Notes: generated by a model from the sequence alone, not told the origin. A DNA stretch of 64,000 nt from Chlamydiales bacterium (GCA_965206695.1 CBDBKM010000007.1:1-64000); one strand, 5' to 3'. Counted from the first letter of the stretch, positions 42,294-54,244 are shown. Made by a program: numbers and translations.

Positions 42294-44754
42294 TTGAATT
42301 TACAACCTAAAACGGCTCTTGTAAAACGAGATAATGACTTTGTTGAGGTCGCATTATCTACATTAGCTGTCGATGATGTGTTCCAATGTAGGCCGGGAGA
42401 CCGTATACCGGTTGATGGGGAAGTTATAGCAGGGGAGTCCTATGTAGATGAATCGATGTTAACCGGAGAGAGTATCCCCATAAAGAAAGAAATAGGGTCT
42501 CGTCTTTTTGGAGCGACTCAAAATCAAAATGGAGTAGTAACTGCCAAAGCGACTTCTGTAGGTTCGGATACTGCCTTAGCCGGTATTATTAAACTCGTAG
42601 AAGAAGCACAAGGGTCTATAGTATTTTAATTTTTATTTGATAATATGTTATCCTTCTTTTTTTATACAAACAGTAAGGATAAAACAATGCCTAGAGCCTA
42701 TTCAGTAGATCTTCGAGAGAAAGTATTACAACATATAGAAAAACATCATGATAAAAAAACAGCCGGCCATATTTTTCAAGTAGGTATCGCAACAATATAT
42801 CGATGGATCTTGCAAAAAAAGCAAAAAGGACATTTAAAGCCAATCCGCAGAAAATATGCTTATAAGAAATTAGATGATGAGTTGTTATCTAAATATGTAG
42901 AAAAACATCCGGATTATTTTTTATCGGAAATTGCTGATTATTTTTCAGTCACTCCGCAAACGATTTTTTATGCCCTTAAAAGATTAAAAATTACACGAAA
43001 AAAAAAACTACTCGCTATAAGGAAAGAGATGAAAAGAAACGGGAAGCTTTTATGAAAAATTTAAAAAATATTCCCTTTGACAAGAGAATTTATCTCGATG
43101 AAACCGGGATTCATCAATTTTTATTTCGTGAGTCCGGAAGAAGCTTACGCGGCAAAAGAGTTTTTGGAGCGGTTTCAGGAAACCGCTTTATAAGGCAAAA
43201 TATTATTTCAGCCCTATCTAAAGGGCAGTTTTTATCTCCAATGTGTTTTGAAGGTACTTGTAATACCGGGTTATTCAATATTTGGCTTAAGGAAGTTTTG
43301 ACTCCTCAGCTTACACCCGGTAGTGTTCTTATTCTTGACAATGCCGGTTTTCACAAGTCAGCGGAAAGCAGGAAAACAGTAGAATCTGCCGGTTGTAAGC
43401 TTATGTTTCTTCCTCCCTATTCTCCGGACTTAAATCCTATAGAAAAATATTGGGCTAATATGAAAAATAAAGTTAGAGAGATATTACGAAAAGTTACGAA
43501 TTTTAAATTCGCCATTGATCAAGCAATCTTATCAATGTAAAATTAAATAACTATAAAGCTCCAATACAAAAATTGGCAGATTCTGTCTCTTCTGTTTTCG
43601 TTCCAATTGTAATAGGAATCAGCATATTGACCCTAATCTTATGGTGGTCGATTTTCGGGAATTTTACAGAAGCTCTTATAAATGCTGTGGCTGTATTAGT
43701 GATCGCTTGCCCATGCGCGCTTGGGTTAGCGACTCCTACCGTGATTATGGTAGCCGGCGGTTTAGGAGCTCAAAATGGAATTTTGATAAAAAATGCTCAA
43801 GCTTTTGAGCAAGCGGGGAAAATACAGACCCTTTTAACTGATAAAACGGGCACGTTAACTGAAGGCAAGCCGGATGTTGTAAATGTTATTTGCGAAGGCG
43901 ATATGCAAGAAGAAGATCTCGTAATGTTAGCTTTATCATTAGAGCAGTTCTCAGAGCATCCAATGGCTAAAGCTATTGTTGATTATGCTAAAAATAAAGG
44001 AATACCAAGTAAAAAGGTCAAAGCTTTTAAAGCCATAACGGGAAAAGGTGTGCAAGCTCAGATAGATGATCATGTGATATTGTTGGGTTCTTTAAATTTT
44101 TTTAGAGATCTGGGTATTGAATGGAACAAGCAATTATGTGAGACATTAGAAGGGGAAGGAACAACTGTTGTAGCGCTATCTCGTGATAAGAGCATTATTG
44201 GGTATTTTGCCATTGCAGACAAAATAAGAAAAAACTCTCATAAAGCTGTTATGGCACTTCAAGATTTTGATGTTGATGTTGTGATGATCACAGGGGATAA
44301 TCAAAAAACAGCTGCAAGCATTGCGGAGCAATTAGGTATTAATCGATTTCATGCAGAAATTCTTCCCGATCAAAAAGTTCATGAGGTCAACATGTTCAAA
44401 TCACAAAATATCACAGGGATGGTAGGGGATGGAATCAATGATGCTCCTGCTTTAGCTACTGCTGATGTGGGGTTTGCTCTAGGGGCAGGTGCGGATATAT
44501 CTATTGAATCAGCAGATATAACACTTATGAGAAGTGATCTAATGGGAGTAGTTAATGCTATTCGTCTATCTAAATCGACCATTAGGAAAATTCGTCAAAA
44601 TCTCTTTTTTGCCTTCTTTTATAATGTGGTCGGCATCCCTTTAGCAGCCTTTGGTTTGTTGAATCCAATGATAGCCGGAGCTGCCATGGTAGCAAGCAGT
44701 ATTTGTATAATTAGCAATTCCCTTCTTTTGAAAAATTGGAAAACAATTTTATAG
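42294..44754 (+). pseudogene. copA: Cu(I)-type P1B ATPase, 5'-truncated and split by IS630
   Basis: [44 protein letters not shown]. Confidence 0.9.
42617..43555 (+). mobile_element. IS630 type D, second copy, inserted in copA
   Basis: TA duplication; A10 tract 42998-43007 joins orfA to orfB by -1 frameshift. Confidence 0.95.
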
Positions 44755-44833
44755 TAGATTTTTCTTGCATTGATATTTTAATTTCAGCCATATTTTTGCA
44801 ATCAGGATCTTTGGAAGTGAACCGGATTTTATT

Positions 44834-46051
44834 ATGGAGTCAATTGAATTTAAGATTAACTTGTGGGCTTTATTTTTTTGCCTATCCTTTTCCTTAGTAT
44901 TAGTTGTTTTTTATTTGATAAGGCGAAAAGATAAAACATCTCAAACACTGTTTTATTCCGATTTAAAACCCCTTAAGCATTTTCAGCAAAAAGGGCGTGT
45001 TAAATTTATTCATCTTCCCACCACTTTAAAAATAATGGCTCTTATCTTTTTCATTGCAGCTTTAACAGACCCGTATCTTTTAATTGAAAGGAAGCATCCC
45101 AAGGAGGATAGCACGAGTAAAAATAATACTGTCTTATCCAAAGAAACTGAGAAACCAAAAGAAGAGGAAATTACCCTTCCATCAGAGGGAATAGCGATCT
45201 ATTTTGTTTTAGACCAATCCGGTTCCATGAGTGAAGAGATGCATGTAGCGGCCAAAAGAAAATCTCAAAAACGGTTATCTCGTTTAGATACTCTTAAACA
45301 AGTCACTAATCAATTTATTAAAGGAAATGATAAATTGGGATTGAAAGGAAGGCATAATGATCTTATTGGCCTCGTTTCATTTGCAAGAGTTGCAAAAATA
45401 CTCTCTCCTCTTACTTTAGATCATAATAATATTACTAATGAATTATCTAAATTAAGTGTCGTAAATCATCGTAATGAAGATGGTACAGCTATTGGATATG
45501 CTATTTATAAGACTGTGAATACCATTGCTGCTACCAAATATTTTGCAGAGCAGTTGGTGGGTAATGATCGTCCTTCTTACTCTATTCAGAAAACAGCGAT
45601 TATATTGGTAACAGATGGCTTGCAAAATCCTCATCCTTTAGATAAGCATCATCCTTTACGAAACATTAGTATTAGAGGAGCTGCAAATCAAGCGAAAGAG
45701 CAGGGTATTCGTCTCTATATTATTAATGTGGTGCCTTTTTTAGCTCACCCTCAATTTCAAGAACAACAAAATGAATTTGAACAAGCAGCTTTAATGACGG
45801 GTGGCAAGTTCTTTGTCGTTGGGAATAAGAACTCTCTACCTGATATTTATCAGGAAATTGATACCATTGAAAAAACGGAGTTATCGGATCAAAGAAAATT
45901 GAAGGTCTTAGTTACCGAAAAAATAAATCATAAAGAATCAGATTCTTCTTTTGATCGATTTTTATTCTTCCCTTACCTAATATTTCTTGGCTTGGGATGT
46001 CTTTTATTGGCTGTCATATTACAGACAACTATTTTAAGGAGGATACCCTGA
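44834..46051 (+). CDS. batA: BatA-like VWA-domain membrane protein
   Basis: MIDAS DQSGSM, GTAIG, VTDG; N- and C-terminal TM segments. Confidence 0.8.
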   Translation: MESIEFKINLWALFFCLSFSLVLVVFYLIRRKDKTSQTLFYSDLKPLKHFQQKGRVKFIHLPTTLKIMALIFFIAALTDPYLLIERKHPKEDSTSKNNTVLSKETEKPKEEEITLPSEGIAIYFVLDQSGSMSEEMHVAAKRKSQKRLSRLDTLKQVTNQFIKGNDKLGLKGRHNDLIGLVSFARVAKILSPLTLDHNNITNELSKLSVVNHRNEDGTAIGYAIYKTVNTIAATKYFAEQLVGNDRPSYSIQKTAIILVTDGLQNPHPLDKHHPLRNISIRGAANQAKEQGIRLYIINVVPFLAHPQFQEQQNEFEQAALMTGGKFFVVGNKNSLPDIYQEIDTIEKTELSDQRKLKVLVTEKINHKESDSSFDRFLFFPYLIFLGLGCLLLAVILQTTILRRIP

Positions 46052-46052
46052 T

Positions 46053-47243
46053 ATGAAAGGTGGACTGCATCTAGGTTGCCCCTTAGCCTCTATTTTTTTT
46101 CTTTTTCTAATCCTCATTGTTGCTTTATTTATACAAAACTTTCGAGCAAGAAAAAAAGCGCTGGCTTCTTTTGCTCATGATATTTCGTTGAAACACCTAT
46201 TACGAGGCTTTTCGAGTGAAATCGCATTGCTTAGAATCATACTCATTTGCTTAGTTTGGGCTTTAGTTGTAACAGCTCTTATTCAACCTAGAACAATAAA
46301 AGAAAGAGAGCCGAAAGCTGATAAAGGTGGGCAAGAAAATATTTTGGATGAGACACTGATGAGTGCAGATGATCAAGAAAAAGTGATTATGCAAAGACGG
46401 GCTCATGATGTTATTTTTCTAATAGATGCTTCAGCTTCTATGTCAGTTCATGATACTAGAATGAACCGGTCACGTCTAGATTATGCTAAAGAAATTATTG
46501 ATGAAATTGTTAGCCAACTGGATGGTCAGAGTACGGCTTTATATGCTTTTACATCTGAACTAACTCCTCTAGTACCCCCAACGATGGATTATTATTTTTT
46601 ACGTCTTTTATTGAGAAAAATTAGTATTAATGAAGGGGACGTTGCAGGAACTGACTTATTGGAAGCTTTGGATAGAGTTCGGCTTCAACATTTAAATACT
46701 CATGAAGAGAAATTAAAAACGTTGATTATCTTAACTGATGGAGGCGATACACGATTAGAAGCGATGAATGGAAATGAAAGACAAAAAGAATTGTCTACAT
46801 TAGTCAGTCGGTTAGGTAGTGTTGAAGAAAATAATTTGCGAGTCTTTACTATTGGAATGGGATCTAAAGAAGGTGAGATTATTCCTAACATCCAATTTGA
46901 TGGTTCTGATATTCGTTCGACTTTGGATGAAGAGTTATTACAACTGTTAAGTCAAAAGGGACGCGGGCAATACTATTTTGCTAATGACTACTCTGCGTTT
47001 TCAATTTCACAAGATTTAATGAATATTATGAGACAAGATAATCCTTATGTAGATCATGAAGAAGAAGCTTTTAATCCCTACAAATTAGAGCGTGAATTAG
47101 AAAAAGAACAAGAAAAGAATATTGAGTATTTTAATTATTATCAGATCCCTTTAGGACTAGCTATTTTACTTTTATCCTTAGAGGTTTTTTGGCCCTTATT
47201 GGCTTCAGGAAAGGAAAAAATTTCGATTCAAGGGAGCATTTAA
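46053..47243 (+). CDS. batB: BatB-like VWA-domain membrane protein
   Basis: DASASM, PPTMDY, GTDL, LTDG. Confidence 0.8.
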   Translation: MKGGLHLGCPLASIFFLFLILIVALFIQNFRARKKALASFAHDISLKHLLRGFSSEIALLRIILICLVWALVVTALIQPRTIKEREPKADKGGQENILDETLMSADDQEKVIMQRRAHDVIFLIDASASMSVHDTRMNRSRLDYAKEIIDEIVSQLDGQSTALYAFTSELTPLVPPTMDYYFLRLLLRKISINEGDVAGTDLLEALDRVRLQHLNTHEEKLKTLIILTDGGDTRLEAMNGNERQKELSTLVSRLGSVEENNLRVFTIGMGSKEGEIIPNIQFDGSDIRSTLDEELLQLLSQKGRGQYYFANDYSAFSISQDLMNIMRQDNPYVDHEEEAFNPYKLERELEKEQEKNIEYFNYYQIPLGLAILLLSLEVFWPLLASGKEKISIQGSI

Positions 47244-47246
47244 TTC

Positions 47247-49901
47247 ATGTTTAGTTTTAAAAATGTTATGATCATTGTTTGTTTTATTGTAAGTCATACA
47301 CCTGTTTTTTCAGATCAGACTTTTTTGGTCGATAAAGCAACAGATGCCCGGGTATATTTTGAGACTACTCAATATGAAAAAGCAGTAAGATGTTATAAAG
47401 AGATACTTCAACAAGAAGTCACTCCGGCTCAGAAAGCATTAATTTCCTTTAATTTAGGCACCGTGTTACTAGCTCAAAATCAATTCAATGAGGCTCTTTC
47501 CTTTTTCGAAAGAATTGTTTTATCCGGAGAGGACAATCCACTTCTTTTAAGACGGTTATATACAAATATGGCGACAGCCTATTTTGAACAAGCTCATGCT
47601 ATAGATAATGAGTTAACAATAGAATCTGAAAAGTTTTTACAACAGTGGGAACTGGCGTTAGGTAAATTAGGGCGTTCATTAGAATTTCAAAATCAAGCGC
47701 TAAAGGCTGAGAAACAACTTATTTTAATTCAAGGAGGCGAATTAAAGGATACCCCAAAAGATTTAGAAGGACTGAAAAAAATCACAAAAGAGAGGATTGT
47801 TTCTTTAAAGGAAAAGAAAAAGGATTTTATTTTAAATAGAGTGGGGATTGAAGACGGATTTCCTCTATTAAAAGAAAACTTAGAAAATTCATTAACACAG
47901 TTAGAGTCAATTGGCACTAATCACTTAAGTGGTAATCATTCGAAATATGCTATAGGACAACAATATGTTGCAGAGAAGAAGCTTCTCCCATTTGTAGAAA
48001 AAGTGGAGAGCCGTATTCAAGATAGTCTAAAAAAAGCCAAGCAAATAGCTGAAGACGAAATTGGGCTGACAGATGATTTACAAGCGATTGATGATCATGA
48101 AGAAGTGGTCAAAGCAAAACAGCAAAATTTCTTTTTTAGCAACGTCAGAAATCACTTTTTATCTTCTTTAGAGTCTATGCAAGAATTTAATGTATGGCAA
48201 ACTCATGAGTCTCAAATGAAGGCGTTATTGCCTCTTAAATTTCTTTTGCGCCTAGAAAAAAAGGAAGACCCTTTAGCCGGTATTTTAAATGATCGTATAT
48301 CATTAGCTTCTCGGATGCAGACAGAGAAACATTCCGAACTTATTAATGCGCTTAGGAAAGAAGAGGTTTTATCTAGAGATTTTGCTTATGCCCTTGCTAC
48401 GGAGCTTACCAATGAGCTGGAAAAAAAAATACAAGAAGTCGAACACACTGACCTTCAAAATGATGATGCTACTAAAGTTATGGAATCTGAAGCTTTAGAA
48501 TTGACCGTATTCAAACGAATGACGGAAAATCTAAAGCAACGCCTGGAAATAACTCCAGATAATAACAGCCTTCATCAAGAAACCAATAACGATTTGATAT
48601 TATATCACCAATTGGGAATGAAGGAAGAGGATTCTCTTTTAAAAATCTATGATGCCTGGAACAAATATATAGAAATATCTCAATCCAATTTGCTCCCTCT
48701 TCAAGGTGAATTATGGGCTTTATTAGAACAATTTCGTTGTCGTACCGGGCTTGGAAATTCTGCAGAACAAGAACAAAGAATATGTCGAGTGATTCATTAT
48801 TTGGATCAGGCTCTTGCGCAAGCCAAAGAACTGAAGAAAGAATCTGAAACACAATGTGTTAGTGATAAAATAGAACGAGCGTTATTAGAATGGTGTCCAC
48901 AACAATTACTATCATGGAAGTTGAATCAGTTAGAGCAAGACTATGAAACACTTGAGAAGGAAAAAAAAGTATCGGATCTGTCAATCATTAAAGTATTGGA
49001 TAAGAATAAACAATTAAAAACATTTGCTATGAGTATCGGCGCTCATGAAAAAAGCAAAGCGGACCTCAAAAAACTGAGTGAATGTTTACAATATGCAACC
49101 GATGGTGCGGAATCGGCTTTGATGTTACACGGTAATACCAAAATAGATAGTTGCCGGGTAATGATTTCTGATGCAAAGCGGTGGGTTCAAAGAGCTTACG
49201 AAGAGTCTGTTAAAGATGGTGAGAGAAATTCCATACAAATTTTAGAGAATGGAGTTAATGAAGAATCTCATGCTCTGACGACTAATAATAGAGTTCAAGA
49301 TGCACAAAGTAAGGAAAAACGAAATGCTAAGCTTCTAGAAGTGACCAGATCAACTCAACAAGTTACCCTACCCGCTGTCGATCACTTTATTGAAACAGCT
49401 ATTGCTGAAGAACGGTGCAAGCGTTATGGTTCGGAAGAGGTGGGGGACAGCAATCTTTTTGGGGAAGAGGAACTTCGTCAGTGTGAACCTTGGTCGGAGG
49501 TATTGGATTTGTATAATAAAGGAGTAAGAGAAGCGTTGTTAGCAGAGGTACAGTTAGATGAAAATGATCCGGATTTTGTGCAAATAGAGAAAAAGCAGGC
49601 CCTTACCTTGCAATACTGGAAGGAAGCATTAGACAAATTACGTAATCCGGATGATCAAGATCAAAATAATGAAGATCAACAACTTGGCGCTAGTGAAGAT
49701 TCTTCTCAAAATCAGGATCAAGATTCTTTAGCAGAAAGTGGAAGCACTCCGGAAGAAGCACAGGCTAGTGACCGGGATCAGGCATCAAATTGCCGGGCTC
49801 CACCAATGGATATCTTAGAATTACTTCAGCAAATGGAGAGTGATGATCAAATTAATCAACCTGAAACATTAAATCCTAAGTCAGGGTTAAGACCATGGTA
49901 A
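47247..49901 (+). CDS. Large TPR/helical protein in the BatC position
   Basis: Signal peptide, N-terminal TPRs (FNLGTVLL), Q/D/E-rich tail, C-terminal RPW. Confidence 0.7.
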   Translation: MFSFKNVMIIVCFIVSHTPVFSDQTFLVDKATDARVYFETTQYEKAVRCYKEILQQEVTPAQKALISFNLGTVLLAQNQFNEALSFFERIVLSGEDNPLLLRRLYTNMATAYFEQAHAIDNELTIESEKFLQQWELALGKLGRSLEFQNQALKAEKQLILIQGGELKDTPKDLEGLKKITKERIVSLKEKKKDFILNRVGIEDGFPLLKENLENSLTQLESIGTNHLSGNHSKYAIGQQYVAEKKLLPFVEKVESRIQDSLKKAKQIAEDEIGLTDDLQAIDDHEEVVKAKQQNFFFSNVRNHFLSSLESMQEFNVWQTHESQMKALLPLKFLLRLEKKEDPLAGILNDRISLASRMQTEKHSELINALRKEEVLSRDFAYALATELTNELEKKIQEVEHTDLQNDDATKVMESEALELTVFKRMTENLKQRLEITPDNNSLHQETNNDLILYHQLGMKEEDSLLKIYDAWNKYIEISQSNLLPLQGELWALLEQFRCRTGLGNSAEQEQRICRVIHYLDQALAQAKELKKESETQCVSDKIERALLEWCPQQLLSWKLNQLEQDYETLEKEKKVSDLSIIKVLDKNKQLKTFAMSIGAHEKSKADLKKLSECLQYATDGAESALMLHGNTKIDSCRVMISDAKRWVQRAYEESVKDGERNSIQILENGVNEESHALTTNNRVQDAQSKEKRNAKLLEVTRSTQQVTLPAVDHFIETAIAEERCKRYGSEEVGDSNLFGEEELRQCEPWSEVLDLYNKGVREALLAEVQLDENDPDFVQIEKKQALTLQYWKEALDKLRNPDDQDQNNEDQQLGASEDSSQNQDQDSLAESGSTPEEAQASDRDQASNCRAPPMDILELLQQMESDDQINQPETLNPKSGLRPW

Positions 49902-51607
49902 TAAGACAAACACTTCGATATTGTTTTTTGTATTTTCTCTGTTTTTTAAATCTATATGCCGTTGATTTCACCATCGAAATTGATAGTGACTTAACAAGGG
50001 AAGGCAGGCCTATCCCTGCGAAGATAATCGTTACAAGAGATTGTCAACAAAAAGTTGATCTTAAGAGTTTTATTTTAGACGGTGAAAAATTAGATGTAGA
50101 ATTATTATACGAGAGCAGGCAGTCATCGATTACCGTCATTAATGGAAAAAGAAGAGAACAGAATAATCTTATCAGTACCTATAATTTTGAAATTCCGGGT
50201 AAAAACAAAGGTAGGCATGTGTTATCTGCTATTTCATTAAAAATTGATGGCTTGAATTATTATTCGCAACCGGTAACGTATGAGGTTTGTCCTACAGAAG
50301 AAAAGTCAAGTTTTAGGTTAATGGCCGAAGTTGATAAGCCCACTCCTTTGTATCCCGGTCAGCATCTAACCATAACCTATCGTATTGTCTTTACCACTCC
50401 TATAGAAGCTACTTTTGAAGAATTATCCCTTTTAGATCTTCCGGGTTTTAAAAAGAGGGGAGATAGGTCGATAAGAACATATAATCGAGGGGAAGCTTTA
50501 GTTAAAGAAATTAGCCAAGAATTCGAAGCGCAAAGAACAGGATCTTTTGAATTCGGATCTTCTATCATAGAAGGATTTCCCTTCCGAGAAGATTTCTTCG
50601 GAAGAAGGATATACCAGAAGCCCAAATTACGTGCAGAAGCAAAGCCTATAGTGATAGAAGTGTTAGACTTTCCGGAGAAATCGCGCCCAAAAAGTTTTAA
50701 TGGGGCTATTGGAAAATATTCACTGCAAGCATCTCTTATTTCTAAGAAAGCGGTGAGTGTGGGCGATAAGCTTGAAGTAGAAGTTCGAATAACGGGTGGA
50801 GATGAATTGGCTAGCGTACGATTACCGGATCTCGCTAATCAAGAGAAATTTAAAGGGAATTTTCGCTTTAGTGATCTACCTCCGGTAGGTAAAATTACCG
50901 GTGCTACTAAAGTATTTGTTTATGAATTAAGGCCCATGTCTCCACATATTAAAGAAATTCCGGCTGTGGAATTTTCTTATTTTAATCCCAAAACGTGTAA
51001 ATATGAAACTGAAAAAAGTCAGCCGATAAGCATTGACGTTACCCCCTTAAGTAACCCTCAGAGCATTATAGTTAAAAATAAAGAGCCCTCTTCTCCGGCA
51101 GAACAAAATAGTGATATTGCTATTCAGGATGAAAGTTGGAAAGAACATCTTTTTAAACCTAAATTAATTGAAATTACCGGTAACTATCAATTATTTGAGA
51201 ATGACTTTATTCAAAAAAGAACACCTTTTTCTATTCTATATCTTTTCCCAATAGGTGCTGCTGTTATATTCGGCCAGTTAGGTCTTAGGCAGTATCTAAC
51301 ACATAAACAAAAACAAATGAAGAAAATGACTAGTGAAGGTGTGTTAAATCAAGCCATTAACCAAAAGAAAGACTCCGGTGCATTTTTTCATTTAATTGAA
51401 ATTGCCTTACTGGAAGCTTTGAGGGAAAAAGGATATCTTGAAAAGACAATAACCAGTCCTGAAGAATTGGATCAGGATGGGATCACAGGGAAAGTACGAG
51501 ACTTTCTTTGTCACATAGCTACTTTGAGATTTTCCGGAAATAAAAAGGTCTCTGTAGACAAGATTATTCAACAGGCTAAATCTTTATTTAAAGAGATTAA
51601 ATCATGA
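49895..51607 (+). CDS. batD: BatD-like protein
   Basis: SSITVING, SFNGAIGKYSL, FSYFNP, TM near the C-terminus. Confidence 0.75.
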   Translation: MVIRQTLRYCFLYFLCFLNLYAVDFTIEIDSDLTREGRPIPAKIIVTRDCQQKVDLKSFILDGEKLDVELLYESRQSSITVINGKRREQNNLISTYNFEIPGKNKGRHVLSAISLKIDGLNYYSQPVTYEVCPTEEKSSFRLMAEVDKPTPLYPGQHLTITYRIVFTTPIEATFEELSLLDLPGFKKRGDRSIRTYNRGEALVKEISQEFEAQRTGSFEFGSSIIEGFPFREDFFGRRIYQKPKLRAEAKPIVIEVLDFPEKSRPKSFNGAIGKYSLQASLISKKAVSVGDKLEVEVRITGGDELASVRLPDLANQEKFKGNFRFSDLPPVGKITGATKVFVYELRPMSPHIKEIPAVEFSYFNPKTCKYETEKSQPISIDVTPLSNPQSIIVKNKEPSSPAEQNSDIAIQDESWKEHLFKPKLIEITGNYQLFENDFIQKRTPFSILYLFPIGAAVIFGQLGLRQYLTHKQKQMKKMTSEGVLNQAINQKKDSGAFFHLIEIALLEALREKGYLEKTITSPEELDQDGITGKVRDFLCHIATLRFSGNKKVSVDKIIQQAKSLFKEIKS

Positions 51608-52395
51608 AAGGAAAGCTGATGAACAAGCCTTTTTTCACTCTTCTTATATTTGTTATAATGTTTTTCTGCTCTATTTTATTAGCGGAAGAGAAAAATACCC
51701 TTCAAACTGCTTATCAGACTTATTTGATGGGAGAAAAAGCAGAAGTGGTAAGTGATCGTGTTGAGGCTTTCAATAAAGCTTTAGCCGATTATACGGAACT
51801 TGAAAAACAATATCCCCCGAATCCTAAGCTATATTTTAATATTGCGAATAATTATTTCCAACTAGGTGAATATGGTTCAGCACTACTCTATTATTATAGG
51901 GCAGAGAGGCTAGCACCCAGAGATGAACAGATTCAATCTCATATTAAATTAGCACAAAACAAAGCAAAGGTATCGGCTAATTTAAATCCTTTTAAACCGG
52001 CTAATTTTTTTAGCTTAGGCCATTTATTGGTTCTAAATGAAAGAATGTATCTTTTTGCTTTTTTTACTATTGTAGCAACGATTGCGGGATCGATTGTTAT
52101 ATGGGAAAAAAGTAAATACGTTAAGACCATTAGAAATATTTCTTTAGCTTTCGCTCTTGTTTTTTTAGCTAGTGTCACCTATTCCTATTTTTCCAAACCT
52201 CAGGCTGTTTTGATTCAGTCCTCTTTATTAACTTGTGATGCGGGTGAGCAGTATGCTCCCATTACAAAAGAACCCGTTTTAAATGGGCAGAGGGTAAGAG
52301 TTTTAGGATGTTCAAAAGATGGTTTGTGGTTAAAAGTGGAACTGACCACAGGAGAGAAGGGATATATTTCTTATAAAGTTGCTCGTATCATCTGA
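51604..52395 (+). CDS. batE: BatE-like TPR/SH3 protein
   Basis: LYFNIANNYFQLGEYGSALLYYYRAERLAPRD; two TMs; WLKVEL..GEKGYI. Confidence 0.75.
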   Translation: MKGKLMNKPFFTLLIFVIMFFCSILLAEEKNTLQTAYQTYLMGEKAEVVSDRVEAFNKALADYTELEKQYPPNPKLYFNIANNYFQLGEYGSALLYYYRAERLAPRDEQIQSHIKLAQNKAKVSANLNPFKPANFFSLGHLLVLNERMYLFAFFTIVATIAGSIVIWEKSKYVKTIRNISLAFALVFLASVTYSYFSKPQAVLIQSSLLTCDAGEQYAPITKEPVLNGQRVRVLGCSKDGLWLKVELTTGEKGYISYKVARII

Positions 52396-52770
52396 TTTAT
52401 TTTTGAAGATGTTTTTTAATTTCAAATTGAATCTGATCAGCCTTTTCTTAAGTAAGGATGCCATTTTCTACCGTTTGTTTGCAAAGTGATTCACAAGAAT
52501 AGTAACCGATCCTATCAGCTGTGTTTTCCGGGTAAAGGGGTTTTAAAAGTGCGTAGAAAAGGTGATAAAGTGGAAATATTTTATAGACCAATTTTCGAAA
52601 AGTACAATCCTCTTCTTGATCAAAGAGGTTTTGCATGCTATGGATTCTTTCTTCTAAAGCTATTATTTGTTTTTCAGAAAGTCGCCCATAAGGCATGCAT
52701 CTTGCTCCGGTTTTTTCGATTCGATTTTTTAGAAACTATTTAAAATAGTTGAGGTCTTCGTCCCAACCAT

Positions 52771-52963
52771 CATGAGCAATGTGATCAGGTTCCGGACCGC
52801 CATCTCGTGCAAGAAGCACACACAAACGATTGCGTTCATTTGTATCACGGGTCTTTTTTACCTGAAATTTAAAAGAGCTTCTTTGATTTGGAGTTAATTG
52901 CTGCATACAAAATTAATACCATATCTATACTTTTTTGTGTACCTTTCAGTAGCAAGGAGTATA
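52771..52963 (-). mobile_element. IS630 type C left-end remnant
   Basis: Matches ~22925-23118. Confidence 0.85.
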
Positions 52964-53239
52964 TTCAATTTTGATCGTTAAATATCATCAGCCGAGTATT
53001 TATTAATCAATTGCTATTGAGAATAAAAAAAATATATTTGATATGTATCTTTGATTTAAAAATCTTTTCCCGGAATCAGGGTGATTGATACAATTTCGTT
53101 ACCTTTTGCTCAAAATTTCCCGGGAAAAAATGAAATGCTCTGTTAGGTTTTTATGAAATTTTATTCAACAGTTCTTGAATAACTGAAATCAATCAAATGT
53201 ATTTCAGTTTTTAAATATCGGTAGATTGAGGTCTTTTAT

Positions 53240-54244
53240 ATGACTACAGGATGTAAAGCTTTATATAATCTGTTACGGCTATACAGAGAAGAGAGTGGGA
53301 ATAATTCGGTTTGTCATTGGCAGGTTTTAGATTACCGCTCTTTATCAAAAGATGACCTTTTTAAAATGTTTAGTGATTTAGATGTAAAACTAAATCAAGA
53401 GCTTTTTGAATCTTATGCGGTTTATTGGGATACTCCGGAAGAATTTACTGAGGCCCTTGTTGGAGATGTTTTAGACGATCAATGCCGTGATCAGTTATAT
53501 CTTATCTCATTTGAATTATGGCGGCGCTTAAGGCCTGATAGACGTTCTTTATCTATTTTTTTTGATGATTTAGATTTTGCAATCTCTCTTTATGATCAAG
53601 ATCAGGAAATGGGCAATTTAAAAAATCTGTTTATAGAATTGCAAGGAATAATAGAGGATCAAATTGATAAGAGGTTAGGAGTTGAAGAGATCCATTCTTT
53701 TTTAGCTCAATATTGTGCTCACGATATAGAAAAATTTCTTTATGATTTTACTGCGGATCAAATCGATTTAGAAAACTATTTTTATGCCAAAGAATTACTA
53801 GAAGATTTTCAAGAATTTTTTTTGAATAAGAATCAATTTAATTTTTTAAATTTTCGCCTTATTAGATTATCAGATGAAGAACAAGCTAAAGAAATTCTAA
53901 CAAAAGTTATTAGGAAGTTAGAAGAAGATTCAGATTTAGAGCTATATTTAGATCTTCTGACTTCTATAGCAAATATTCCTTATAGGAATATTTTGCATGA
54001 GGTAAAAAATCAATATCTCATTCATGTGCAAAATGAAGAAGACCTATTAGATTTTCTATTCGTATTAGAAGAAGCTTATAAAGTGATAGGTTATCCTGAA
54101 TGCCAAGCAAAAGTCAGTGAAGTTTTAGAGGCACGCTTAAAGGAAAGCAAGGGGCTCGATACGACATATGAGAAGTTTGATCCTGTTATAACCTCTCTTT
54201 TAGAATATCTAAATACCGACTCTTTTCATGAGTTATATTCTTAA
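53240..54244 (+). CDS. Acidic helical hypothetical protein
   Basis: 334-aa ORF with GAGG RBS; no recognised motif. Confidence 0.7.
   Translation: MTTGCKALYNLLRLYREESGNNSVCHWQVLDYRSLSKDDLFKMFSDLDVKLNQELFESYAVYWDTPEEFTEALVGDVLDDQCRDQLYLISFELWRRLRPDRRSLSIFFDDLDFAISLYDQDQEMGNLKNLFIELQGIIEDQIDKRLGVEEIHSFLAQYCAHDIEKFLYDFTADQIDLENYFYAKELLEDFQEFFLNKNQFNFLNFRLIRLSDEEQAKEILTKVIRKLEEDSDLELYLDLLTSIANIPYRNILHEVKNQYLIHVQNEEDLLDFLFVLEEAYKVIGYPECQAKVSEVLEARLKESKGLDTTYEKFDPVITSLLEYLNTDSFHELYS

Noticed and set aside
52392..52770. ORFs 52448-52696 and 52486-52743
   Set aside because: Probably the tail of a gene truncated by IS630-C; no product can be supported
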